A DNA stretch of 32,000 nucleotides from Nanobdellota archaeon (GCA_042850255.1 AP031373.1:330001-362000); one strand, 5' to 3'. Positions 1-8,773 are shown, numbered from the stretch's first letter. Notes: generated by a model not told the origin, from the letters alone. Translations and numbers: made by a program.

Positions 1-1187
1 ATAAAGCAATATCTATAGTTGGACCTAGAAGAGTTGGAAAAACTTATCTTTTATTTTCATTAATGGATAATCCTGAAAATTATATATACATAGATTTTGA
101 AAATCCTGTTTTTTATAATTCTACACCAGAGGATATAATATTTATTTTAGAAGCTTACAAAGAATTGTATCCTGGTAAAAAACCTATTGTATTCTTAGAT
201 GAAGTACAAAATGTAAAAGATTGGGAAAGAATGGTTAGATATTTATTGGATGAAAATATCGAAACATTTGTTACAGGTTCTTCTTCTAAATTATTATCAA
301 AAGAAATTGCTACACAATTAAGGGGAAGATCTATAACTTATTATTTATTTACTTTGTCTTTTAGAGAGTTTTTAGAATTTAAGGATATAAAGTATAAAGG
401 AAAAGAATTTTACGAAAATTATGAAAAAATAAAGAAATTAATAAGAGAATATTTATACTATGGAGCATATCCAGAAGTTGTAATTAATGAACAAAAAGAA
501 AGAATATTAAATGAATACTTAGAATTAATTATTAAGAAAGATATATTGGAAAGATATAAAATAAAAAATATAAATTTAGTAAATGAATTAATTTACTTTT
601 CTATAAATAATTATTCAAGATATATATCTTATGATTCTCTATTTAAATTATTAAAACAAAAAATTAATGTTACTAAGAAAACTATAATAGATTATCTATC
701 ATATTTTGAAGATGCACTATTATTTTTTCTTGTAAGAAAATATTATCCATCAGTTAAACAAAGAATCATTTCTCCTAGAAAAATTTATTTAATAGATACA
801 GGTTATGGGATATTTGGAGAGAAAAGTATTTCTAAAGATATGGAAAATATAGTCTTCTTAGAATTATTAAGAAATAAGTATTATAGATCAATATTGCAGG
901 AGATATATTATTTCCAAACAAAGGAAGGATATGAAATAGATTTTTTAATAAAAGAAGGTAACAAAATTGCTAAATTAATTAATGTTAGTTATGTTAATAA
1001 TTTTGATGAAATAGATAAAAGAGAAATTAGATCTCTAATTCATTCTTATGAATTATTTAAAGAACATAATCCAGAATTAATAATTATTACCTGGGATTAT
1101 GAAGATGAAAAAGAAATATCGTGGTTCAATAAAAAGGGAAAAATTAAATTTATACCTTTATGGAAATGGTTGTTAAATATTCAATAA
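1..1187 (+). CDS. AAA+ ATPase, AAA_14/DUF4143 (COG1373-like) family; 5' end lies outside the window
   Basis: The frame of ORF 63..1187 stays open back to nt 3. Nt 3-50 translate to KAISIVGPRRVGKTYL (Walker A GxxxxGKT). Walker B-like VFLDEVQ follows. It is collinear with the full-length paralog at 2264..3607. Confidence 0.8.
   Translation, partial: KAISIVGPRRVGKTYLLFSLMDNPENYIYIDFENPVFYNSTPEDIIFILEAYKELYPGKKPIVFLDEVQNVKDWERMVRYLLDENIETFVTGSSSKLLSKEIATQLRGRSITYYLFTLSFREFLEFKDIKYKGKEFYENYEKIKKLIREYLYYGAYPEVVINEQKERILNEYLELIIKKDILERYKIKNINLVNELIYFSINNYSRYISYDSLFKLLKQKINVTKKTIIDYLSYFEDALLFFLVRKYYPSVKQRIISPRKIYLIDTGYGIFGEKSISKDMENIVFLELLRNKYYRSILQEIYYFQTKEGYEIDFLIKEGNKIAKLINVSYVNNFDEIDKREIRSLIHSYELFKEHNPELIIITWDYEDEKEISWFNKKGKIKFIPLWKWLLNIQ
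931..1187 (+). repeat. Conserved 3' block of ATPase paralog 1, near-identical to 3351..3607
   Basis: Hand alignment at a constant offset of 2420 nt with no indels gives about 22 mismatches in 257 positions (about 91% identity). The rest of the two genes is far more diverged. Confidence 0.9.
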
Positions 1188-1372
1188 TTTACATCTTCTC
1201 TTCTACTAATATCTAATATTTTTATTTCTTTGCTATTTTTATCAATTTCATAAACTATTCTACAATCTACTATCCTTACTCTATACCTATTACTATAACC
1301 TTTTAATTTTTTAATATCTAGTAAAGGACTAAAAGAGTTATTTTCTAATTCGTTAATTACTTCCTCAATTTT
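1181..1372 (-). pseudogene. RelE/ParE-family toxin remnant, N-terminally truncated with no start codon
   Basis: Manual minus-strand translation gives KIEEVINELENNSFSPLLDIKKLKGYSNRYRVRIVDCRIVYEIDKNSKEIKILDISRREDVNY*. This matches the C-terminal core pattern of RelE/ParE toxins (LKG...YRxRVGDYRIIYEI...I.IL.I.HR). An in-frame TGA lies immediately upstream at 1373-1375 and there is no Met. A short ATG-AAA-ATT-TAA sits in another frame just upstream. The stop codon overlaps the 3' end of the ATPase gene by 7 nt. It is absent from the ORF track. Confidence 0.55.
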
Positions 1373-1427
1373 TCAATATACCTTCTTAAATTTTCATCTT
1401 TTTTTATATTTCTCTTTATTTATTATT

Positions 1428-1970
1428 TTAAATATCTTCAGATTCTTCTATAAATAGATCAGAAGATAATAAGACTTCATTAGATAATTTTTCTATATAA
1501 TCTTTATAATTCAATACTTTTTCTTTATTTTTTAAATATAATAACATCCATAAACTTAATTCTATTTCTTTAAATATTTTGTCTATATTTTTTAATACTT
1601 GTTCAAAATATTTTTCTTTATTTTCTTTATAATATTTTGTCTTCCAATATTCAAATGTTATTATACTATTTAGTATTTCTCTTAATAATTCGTCTTTTTC
1701 TTCCTTTATTTTTATATATACTTCTTTTATATCTTCTTCCTTTGAATTATTTATATTTAAATCATAATAATATTTAGAAAGCAATATTATGAAATTAATG
1801 ATATTTGATTTTACAGAATAAATTAGATCATTACTTTCCAATAATAAATTAAGAAAATTATCAATTTCTTTTGGAATATTGTTTAGTTCTATTCTATATA
1901 CTTGTAGTAAAGAAACTTCCATATATTTTATTATATTCTTTAGATATCTTATAAGAGAAAATATATACAA
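1428..1970 (-). CDS. Hypothetical helical, Lys/Glu/Ile-rich protein with no recognisable domain
   Basis: A 180-codon ORF in a genome where stop codons are frequent. An alternative start at Met17 (nt 1922, MEVSLLQVY...) is plausible. It sits between the two ATPase paralogs, immediately upstream of the RelE remnant on the same strand. Confidence 0.5.
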   Translation of the reverse strand: MYIFSLIRYLKNIIKYMEVSLLQVYRIELNNIPKEIDNFLNLLLESNDLIYSVKSNIINFIILLSKYYYDLNINNSKEEDIKEVYIKIKEEKDELLREILNSIITFEYWKTKYYKENKEKYFEQVLKNIDKIFKEIELSLWMLLYLKNKEKVLNYKDYIEKLSNEVLLSSDLFIEESEDI

Positions 1971-2263
1971 AAAGATAGCATTCTTTATAATATTATACTC
2001 TCTTTATCTAACCCAGTAATATACATAACTGATATCGTCTTTTTTATTAGACTCATTCTTATCTATTATTAATATATTAGCGTTTAAATAATAATCTACA
2101 AATCTTTTAATTAATTCTATATAAAATATTTAACGATAATTTTCTATCTAATTTATCTTCTATTAATATATCTCAATCGGAATTTAGGATAATTTGGTTA
2201 ATTTTATTTAATGATTTTATTTTTATAGTGATATACAAATTTTATTTATAAATATTATGTAAA

Positions 2264-3607
2264 ATGGATAGTGAAACTTCTAATAAAATCTTGCACTATA
2301 TAATTAACATGGAAGATGTAATAGGAGGTATAGTAAAAGAATATTTGGAAATGAAAAAAGATATATTTAAAAGAGAATTGGAATTAGAACCTATAGAAAA
2401 TAAATCTATAAGTATTATAGGACCCAGAAGATCTGGTAAAACATATTTATTATTGTATTATTTCCAAAAATATAGAGAAGAAGGAAAAAATGTAATATTT
2501 TTCTCATTTGATGATGATAGAATATATCCTCCATCTTTAGAAACATTCCAAACATTAATTAGAGTATCAAAAAATATATATACAGAAGGTAAAATTTATT
2601 ATTTTTTAGATGAAATTCAAGAAGTAGAAAATTGGGAATTGGGGGTAAAAAGATTAATAGAAAAAGAAGATTCTTATGTATTTATTACAGGTTCTTCTTC
2701 TAAGTTATTATCAAAAGAAATTGCTACACAATTAAGGGGTAGAACTATTACATATGAATTATTTCCATTTTCATTTAAGGAAGTTATACAATTTGAAGGA
2801 ATAAAAATAGATAAATATTTTACTGAAAGAGAATTAGAAAAAATAAAGAGAATATTAAAAGAAATATTATTTATAGGATCATTTCCAGAAGTTATAGTAA
2901 ATAAAGATAAATATGAAGAAATATTAAAAGAATATTATAATGTAATGTTATTTAGAGATATAATAGAAAGATGGGGAATTAAAAATATAAAAGCATTAAA
3001 ATTATTTTTGAAATTGGTTATAAATAACTTTTCAAATAAATTTTCTATAAATAGAATAGAAAAATATATGCAAAATCTGGGAATAAAAATAAGTAGAAAT
3101 ACATTATATAACTATTTAGAATATTTATCAGATGCTTATATAGTATTTTATTTAAAAAAATTTAGTTATTCTTTAAGAGAAATTGAACAAAGTATACCAA
3201 AAATATATCCTATTGATAATGGATTAATAAATGTATCTTCATATTCTTTATCAGAAAATATAGGTAGGTTAATGGAAAATTTTGTATTTTTATCATTAAG
3301 AAGAAAATATAAAGAAAATGAAAATATATTTTATTTTGAAAATAATAATTATGAAATAGATTTTTTAATAAAAGAAGGTAATAGAATAACTAAATTAATT
3401 AATGTTAGTTATGTTAATAATTTTGATGAAATAGATAAAAGGGAAATAAGATCATTAATTCATTCTTATGATTTGTTTAAAGAACATAATCCCGAATTAA
3501 TAATTATTACCTGGGATTATGAAGATGAAAAAGAAATTTCATGGTTTAATAAAAAAGGTAGAATTAAATTTATACCTTTATATAAATGGTTATTAAATAG
3601 TAAATAA
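2264..3607 (+). CDS. AAA+ ATPase, AAA_14/DUF4143 (COG1373-like) family, full length
   Basis: Walker A GPRRSGKTYLL and Walker B YFLDEIQEV are present, as is the conserved GSSSKLLSKEIATQLRGR segment. The C-terminal region is typical of DUF4143-type ATPases (YEIDFLI...). It is a paralog of 1..1187. Confidence 0.85.
   Translation: MDSETSNKILHYIINMEDVIGGIVKEYLEMKKDIFKRELELEPIENKSISIIGPRRSGKTYLLLYYFQKYREEGKNVIFFSFDDDRIYPPSLETFQTLIRVSKNIYTEGKIYYFLDEIQEVENWELGVKRLIEKEDSYVFITGSSSKLLSKEIATQLRGRTITYELFPFSFKEVIQFEGIKIDKYFTERELEKIKRILKEILFIGSFPEVIVNKDKYEEILKEYYNVMLFRDIIERWGIKNIKALKLFLKLVINNFSNKFSINRIEKYMQNLGIKISRNTLYNYLEYLSDAYIVFYLKKFSYSLREIEQSIPKIYPIDNGLINVSSYSLSENIGRLMENFVFLSLRRKYKENENIFYFENNNYEIDFLIKEGNRITKLINVSYVNNFDEIDKREIRSLIHSYDLFKEHNPELIIITWDYEDEKEISWFNKKGRIKFIPLYKWLLNSK
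3351..3607 (+). repeat. Conserved 3' block of ATPase paralog 2, near-identical to 931..1187
   Basis: See 931..1187. A second short block, 2685..2743 versus 271..329, has 2 mismatches in 59 nt at a different offset (2414). Confidence 0.9.
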
Positions 3608-4132
3608 TTTTATTCTTTCTTTTCCAGATAATTCTTGTATTATTCTTTGATAAATTATATCTTCAACTTTTCCAATTCCTTTAACTCTTTTTTCTATATC
3701 TTCGAATGATTTAAATGGTTCTTTTTGTCTTTCCTCAATTATTTTTTGTACAGTAACTTTTCCTATATTTGGTAACAATTCTAAAGTATGCACTTTAATA
3801 TTTAATGGTCCTGCTTTATTAAAAAATTCCACATATTTTTGTTCATTTTTCTTTATTAAATCTTTTATTACTCTTTCTAAATTTGCTTTTGCAATTTCTG
3901 GTAAATCATCAATACCAACTCTTCTTAATATAGATCTGACTTTTGGTCTTTGTCCTTCTCCTACATATAATTCTTCAAATAAATTTACTGTCACTCCGGG
4001 TTTTAATGTTAATAACAATAATGTAAAATAATCTTTTCCTACAGCATATACTACAGGTTCCTTAATATTTTTAGTTGGGTCTCCTGCAGGTAGATATGCT
4101 AGTACAATTGCGTACTCTTCTCTTTTATTCAT
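3593..4132 (-). CDS. DUF655-family predicted nucleic-acid-binding protein (OB-fold plus helix-hairpin-helix)
   Basis: The N-terminus EEYAIVLAYLPAG... and the C-terminal HhH-like LLPNIGKVTVQKIIEERQKEPFKSFEDIEKRVKGIG match this family. It sits in the conserved archaeal neighbourhood directly downstream of rpoF, overlapping it by 8 nt. Confidence 0.7.
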   Translation of the reverse strand: MNKREEYAIVLAYLPAGDPTKNIKEPVVYAVGKDYFTLLLLTLKPGVTVNLFEELYVGEGQRPKVRSILRRVGIDDLPEIAKANLERVIKDLIKKNEQKYVEFFNKAGPLNIKVHTLELLPNIGKVTVQKIIEERQKEPFKSFEDIEKRVKGIGKVEDIIYQRIIQELSGKERIKLFTI

Positions 4133-4442
4133 ATTTCTTTAATATTTCTAATATTTTTTCCATATCTTCTTTTGCCAATGTATTTGTATATAAAACGTGT
4201 CTTAATTGTTCTTCATCTTTTGGTAATATTTCCAATATTTGTATCTTTACTTCATCAGGTATTTTTATATCTTTTAATTGTTCTAATATTTCTTTTTCTT
4301 CATTTTCATCTAATTTATATGTTTGTTCTAGAAATTTTAGTGTCCTTTCTTCAATATATGATAATTCTCTTTTTTTCTTTATTTCTTTTAATAAATTTTT
4401 AACATATCCTGGAGTAATTAATTTCTTTTCACCTACTTCCAT
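4125..4442 (-). CDS. rpoF: DNA-directed RNA polymerase subunit F (Rpo4, Rpb4 homolog)
   Basis: A 105 aa acidic helical protein. Its size, sequence pattern (LSYIEERTLKFLEQ..., KIQILEILPKDEEQLR) and position in the conserved L21e/RpoF/DUF655 neighbourhood fit RpoF. Confidence 0.7.
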   Translation of the reverse strand: MEVGEKKLITPGYVKNLLKEIKKKRELSYIEERTLKFLEQTYKLDENEEKEILEQLKDIKIPDEVKIQILEILPKDEEQLRHVLYTNTLAKEDMEKILEILKKYE

Positions 4443-4495
4443 TTATATATTTTTCTAAATATTATTTAAAAATATATCATAAAGATTTTATTTTA

Positions 4496-4810
4496 ATGAC
4501 TGCTAGAAAAGGAAAAGGATCTAGAAGAAAAACAAGAGATAAATTATCCTTACATATTAGAGAACATGGTAAAATAAAAATAAGTAAAATATTAGCTAAA
4601 TATGATGAAGGAGAAAAAGTTATAATTAAAATAAATCCATCATTTCATGAAGGAATGCCACATCCAAAATATCATGGATATGTAGGAATAATCAAAGGTA
4701 AAAGAGGAGATTGTTATGAAGTTTTAGTTGATGATAAAGGAAAGGAAAAATTGTTAATTGTTCATCCAGCGCATTTAGAAAAATTTTTAATTTCTCAAAC
4801 AAATAAATAA
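4496..4810 (+). CDS. rpl21e: 50S ribosomal protein L21e
   Basis: The N-terminal GSRRKTRDKL and the HPKYHGYVGIIKGKRGDCYEV segment are typical of L21e. Length is 104 aa. Confidence 0.9.
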   Translation: MTARKGKGSRRKTRDKLSLHIREHGKIKISKILAKYDEGEKVIIKINPSFHEGMPHPKYHGYVGIIKGKRGDCYEVLVDDKGKEKLLIVHPAHLEKFLISQTNK

Positions 4811-4860
4811 ATTTTATAATTTTATAAAATTTATAGAGGATAGAAAAGTAATTATAAATT

Positions 4861-5172
4861 ATGGATATTAAAGAACTCAGGGAATTAGAAAAAATGTTAG
4901 AAAATGGAAATGAATATTTAGATAATGCAGAAAAAATATGTGCTCAATTAATATATATAATTAGATTACAAAAGGAGGTTAATACAAAAAATATTAATGA
5001 AGTAAAAAAGGCAATTAGTATTATAAGTAGCGATAAAAAATTAGAAGTAGTACCTAAAATAAGTGCAGGTCATATTGGAGAAATAATAGGTGGTTTAGGT
5101 GCTTTAATAGAATCTGTAGCAAAATATGAAAGGATATTTGAAGCATTAGGATTAATTAAAAAGAAAAAGTAA
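4861..5172 (+). CDS. Hypothetical small soluble protein
   Basis: A 103-codon ORF that is non-overlapping and has composition like the neighbouring genes. No family was recognised. Confidence 0.45.
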   Translation: MDIKELRELEKMLENGNEYLDNAEKICAQLIYIIRLQKEVNTKNINEVKKAISIISSDKKLEVVPKISAGHIGEIIGGLGALIESVAKYERIFEALGLIKKKK

Positions 5173-5703
5173 TTATTTTTTAATATTATTATTTATAATA
5201 TCTCTTAGTTTTATTGCATCTTCTTTATTTAACAGTGGTATTTCTATTACAATATTTAAATTTTTATTTAATAATAAAGTATTTGTATAAATTTTTAAGG
5301 AATAACATTTTGTGAGTTTTTCATAAAGATTCTGATCTATTTCTACATTATATATATTTTTATTAGATATACTATATATATTTTCATTTATTATTTGTAT
5401 TAATCTCTCGTTTGTAAAAATTATATAATAATCTTTTCCTTTATTATAATATGATAAGGCAAAATATGATACTATAGAAAATATTATAATTAACAATATT
5501 ACCGAAGTTAATCTTGATATACTACTTGGGTTATATATTATTGAAAAAGAAAATGAGATAAAATATATTGCAAATAATATATATAAAGAAAAGGTATATC
5601 TTAATGAATATAAATTAGGATCAAAATTTACCATAAATAAAGGTTCTTCATTTTCATCTAACTTTATTTTTTCCTTAATTTTTTCTTTATCATATATTAT
5701 CAT
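5173..5703 (-). CDS. Membrane protein with two TM helices and a C-terminal bPH-like (YdbS/YdbT-type PH) domain
   Basis: Two hydrophobic helices (FSLYILFAIYFISFSFSII and VILLIIIFSIVSYFALS) are followed by the pattern YYIIFTNERLIQI...IYNVEIDQNLYEKL...SLKIYT, typical of bacterial/archaeal PH domains. Confidence 0.5.
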   Translation of the reverse strand: MIIYDKEKIKEKIKLDENEEPLFMVNFDPNLYSLRYTFSLYILFAIYFISFSFSIIYNPSSISRLTSVILLIIIFSIVSYFALSYYNKGKDYYIIFTNERLIQIINENIYSISNKNIYNVEIDQNLYEKLTKCYSLKIYTNTLLLNKNLNIVIEIPLLNKEDAIKLRDIINNNIKK

Positions 5704-5754
5704 TAAAAATATATTGGAAAAATTTTTATATAAATTTTTTATTATTTACTAATA

Positions 5755-6216
5755 ATGTCAAGGTTGAATAAATATTGGTTTATACTATTTGTAATATTTT
5801 CAGTAATAGGTGTAGTTGTATCTTCAATATTATTATATACATATTACTTTCTTCATATATCTCCATTATTTTGTCCAGAAAATTATAATATATTAGGAGT
5901 GGATATAAATTGTTTGAAAGTTTTATCAAGTAGTTATTCAAAATTGTTCAATTTACCATTAGATTTTTTAGCATTAATATGGTTTATAATTGATATTTCT
6001 CTTGTAACAATTTATAATTATTTGAAATATAATATATTTAGAATTTTATTTTATTGGAGACTTCTAGGTTTATTATTTATACCATATTTAATTTATACAG
6101 AAATAATGGTAATTAATTCTATATGTATATATTGTACTACAATGCAATCTATGATTATATTAGATTTTATTATTTCAATAATATATTCGTATAAAAATAA
6201 AATAAAATTAATATAA
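5755..6216 (+). CDS. Vitamin K epoxide reductase (VKOR) family membrane thiol oxidoreductase
   Basis: There are four or five hydrophobic segments. A loop cysteine pair (CPENYNILGVDINC) is followed by the SSSYSKLFNLPLDFLAL motif (the SxYS..F..P pattern of VKOR). An intramembrane CxxC (CIYC) is also present. Confidence 0.7.
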   Translation: MSRLNKYWFILFVIFSVIGVVVSSILLYTYYFLHISPLFCPENYNILGVDINCLKVLSSSYSKLFNLPLDFLALIWFIIDISLVTIYNYLKYNIFRILFYWRLLGLLFIPYLIYTEIMVINSICIYCTTMQSMIILDFIISIIYSYKNKIKLI

Positions 6217-6251
6217 TAAAATTTATAATTTACAATGGTTTTTAATTATTC

Positions 6252-6440
6252 ATGAGAAATGATATATCAATTGATATGATAATATTTATCATTATAGGAT
6301 TAATAATATTAATATTGGCAGCATTTTTCGTAGCAAAAATTTATTATAGTGGATATAATACCGCAAATCAATCTAATAATTTTATAAATAGTACATTTGA
6401 AAATGTTACAAATACATCTATTCCATCATTAGTACAATGA
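6252..6440 (+). CDS. Small prepilin-like / N-terminally anchored protein (62 aa)
   Basis: MRN-DISIDMIIFIIIGLIILILAAFFVA is followed by an Asn/Ser/Thr-rich tail carrying N-x-S/T sequons (NST, NVT, NTS). Its stop overlaps the next start (ATGA at 6437-6440). Confidence 0.6.
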   Translation: MRNDISIDMIIFIIIGLIILILAAFFVAKIYYSGYNTANQSNNFINSTFENVTNTSIPSLVQ

Positions 6441-8773
6441 AAAGTGATGTATTAAATTTTATTTATTATACAATAATATTTATTATAATTATTACTGGTG
6501 TTATATTTATTTTATTATCTATATTTAAGTTCCATTTTTCCTTCTTTACTTATTATTCTGAAACTTCATTTTCAAATAATAATGCAAATAATAATAATCA
6601 TAACAATAATATACCTCAAATAAATTCCACTATTGCAGTATATTTATATTATAAAAGTGGTTTAAGTATATCATTTATACAACAATTACCAGAAGGTATA
6701 AATTATGTAATAAATACATCATATTATAATTTAAAAGGAGTACAAAATACAAATTTATTACAAATAATACCAAGTTTAATAATAAATAATACATTTAATA
6801 TTTATACAATACAATCTGCAGATTGTAATAATATAGTAGGAAATGGACAACCATGTTTGCAAACTAATATAACATTAGAAAATATTACAACAAATTCTAC
6901 AAGTGTTAGTTATAATGGATATACATGTTCTGTAAGTTCTAGTAGTTCTCAAACATATCCTGCAGGAGGTTTTGCATTATTTTGTATAGTTTGTTATGGT
7001 ACAAACAATCCTAATTCTGCATATTATTATATAAATAATCCTATACAAATAAATATAACTCCCGGAATATCTTTATTAAATAATTTCCCAAATACAAATT
7101 ACTATAATTATACTGTTACATTAACATTACAAAATGAAACAATAAAAGTAATACCTTTGGCAGTACAAGGTGCATATCAAATGCCAAATTTTCAAACAGT
7201 ACTAGTAAAAATTACATCTCCTTTTAATCAATATGTAAATAATAATGGAGATAATGTAATATTCTTTACACAAGATATACAAAATGGACAATATTATGCA
7301 TTACCATCTTGGTATGCTGGGGAAAATAATGGTAATTATTATTTCTTTGTTAATTTATTAGAATTTCCTGAATTATATGAAGAGAATTTACAAGGATGTG
7401 CATATTTACCATTATATATTGGATTTACAAATAATAATTTATATTCAATATTAAATGGAACTATTGGAGGAGATCCAATTGCAATAGATCCTAATAATCC
7501 TGTAAGTGTAATGCAATATGATAACGGACCAAATGTATTTCCAATATATGTAAACTTTTATAATTATGGATATCATGATCATTGGCAAGAAATAGGTAAT
7601 AATATTTACCAATGGTACGATTTTAGTAATGTATTACCTACATATAATTATTGGACATTAAACGGAAGTATAATTACTGGTAATCCTAGTTTACAAGTAA
7701 CATCAAATGGTCCGATGTATGGATTGGAAATGTTGAATGGAACAAATCAAGGATCTTATATATTAATTAATTCTACAGTATTAAATTATTATTTCCAAAA
7801 TTATTTAAATAGTCAAGGAGTAGGAATAAATACATTTGTATACTTTTCAGGAATCCCATGGGAGGATTCTCCTCCTTCAGATCCTTATAATCCATTTGGA
7901 TCTGCACCATTAGTTTCCGATGGTATAGTTATTTCGTATATTACAAAAGGTACTCCGCTTACGCCTTCAATAGTTGTAAGTTTTAATTCTATGTTGCCTA
8001 CTAATAATCTTACTTTTGTGCTATTTGAGTATGGTTGGGGTACTGGTGCTGCAGGATCTGGAGAAGTTGCTGGTTATTATGTAGGACAAACTGATGGTAA
8101 TAACTATCAGTTTTATTATGGAGGATCTGGATGGAGCTGGATTTGGAATTGGTTTAGTTCAGGTTGGAAATTAAATTATTATTTTGGACAAGTAATTAAT
8201 AATCAAAATAATATACAATCTTCATCTCAATATATCCCATTTGACCCTCAAGATCAACAAAAAAATCAAAATTATGATTATTATGGAATACTATATACAT
8301 ATTTATGGTATAATATAAGTTCTCAGAATCCTAGTAATATAAATACATACTTTTTAGTAAATGGAAACATATATAACAGTCCATTACCAAAATCTAATTA
8401 TCAATGGAGTTGTAGCTGGTCTGGATGTTATCATGCAGAAGCAATAATACCCGAACCGCCTAGTTCATATTTTATTCAAAGTTATCACAATGCGTATCAA
8501 ACTGCATTTGTAGCTGAAGGAAATGTATCATTGAATAATTATCAAAATCCAATTTCACCAACTGGTTTGAGTTATGGATTTATTTATGGTACTTTTGGAT
8601 ATAAAGAAAAATATGGAAATATAAGAATTGATTATTTGAATGCAAATGCACAATATTATCAAGGAACACCTTATTTATTTATATCTACAGGATCAGGAGC
8701 AGGAAGTGGATATATGTATTTAGATTGGGTTATTGCAACATTTGGAGTTCCTTATGAAATAAACGTACCTTAA
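6437..8773 (+). CDS. Large N-terminally anchored secreted protein (778 aa), Asn/Tyr/Trp/Gly-rich; putative adhesin or lectin-like
   Basis: MKS-DVLNFIYYTIIFIIIITGVIFILLSIF is followed by a poly-Asn tract (NNNANNNNHNNN). It has many sequons and 8 Cys by my count. An aromatic/Gly-rich block reads YGWGTGAAGSGEVAGYY...GGSGWSWIWNWFSSGWKLNYYFGQ. No catalytic motif was recognised. Confidence 0.8.
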   Translation: MKSDVLNFIYYTIIFIIIITGVIFILLSIFKFHFSFFTYYSETSFSNNNANNNNHNNNIPQINSTIAVYLYYKSGLSISFIQQLPEGINYVINTSYYNLKGVQNTNLLQIIPSLIINNTFNIYTIQSADCNNIVGNGQPCLQTNITLENITTNSTSVSYNGYTCSVSSSSSQTYPAGGFALFCIVCYGTNNPNSAYYYINNPIQINITPGISLLNNFPNTNYYNYTVTLTLQNETIKVIPLAVQGAYQMPNFQTVLVKITSPFNQYVNNNGDNVIFFTQDIQNGQYYALPSWYAGENNGNYYFFVNLLEFPELYEENLQGCAYLPLYIGFTNNNLYSILNGTIGGDPIAIDPNNPVSVMQYDNGPNVFPIYVNFYNYGYHDHWQEIGNNIYQWYDFSNVLPTYNYWTLNGSIITGNPSLQVTSNGPMYGLEMLNGTNQGSYILINSTVLNYYFQNYLNSQGVGINTFVYFSGIPWEDSPPSDPYNPFGSAPLVSDGIVISYITKGTPLTPSIVVSFNSMLPTNNLTFVLFEYGWGTGAAGSGEVAGYYVGQTDGNNYQFYYGGSGWSWIWNWFSSGWKLNYYFGQVINNQNNIQSSSQYIPFDPQDQQKNQNYDYYGILYTYLWYNISSQNPSNINTYFLVNGNIYNSPLPKSNYQWSCSWSGCYHAEAIIPEPPSSYFIQSYHNAYQTAFVAEGNVSLNNYQNPISPTGLSYGFIYGTFGYKEKYGNIRIDYLNANAQYYQGTPYLFISTGSGAGSGYMYLDWVIATFGVPYEINVP

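Noticed and set aside
1981-2100. Minus-strand fragment ELIKRFVDYYLNANILIIDKNESNKKDDISYVYYWVR*, with a faint PIN-domain-like YLDANIL flavour
   Set aside because: It is only 37 codons, has no start codon, and the resemblance rests on about 6 residues. I cannot tell it from chance in AT-rich DNA without a profile search.
4075-4458. Plus-strand ORFs 4075..4458 and 4172..4402 lying antisense to rpoF
   Set aside because: They fall entirely within the well-supported rpoF/DUF655 genes on the other strand. Their products are low-complexity Phe/Ser/Ile/Leu strings typical of the antisense of Lys/Glu-rich genes.
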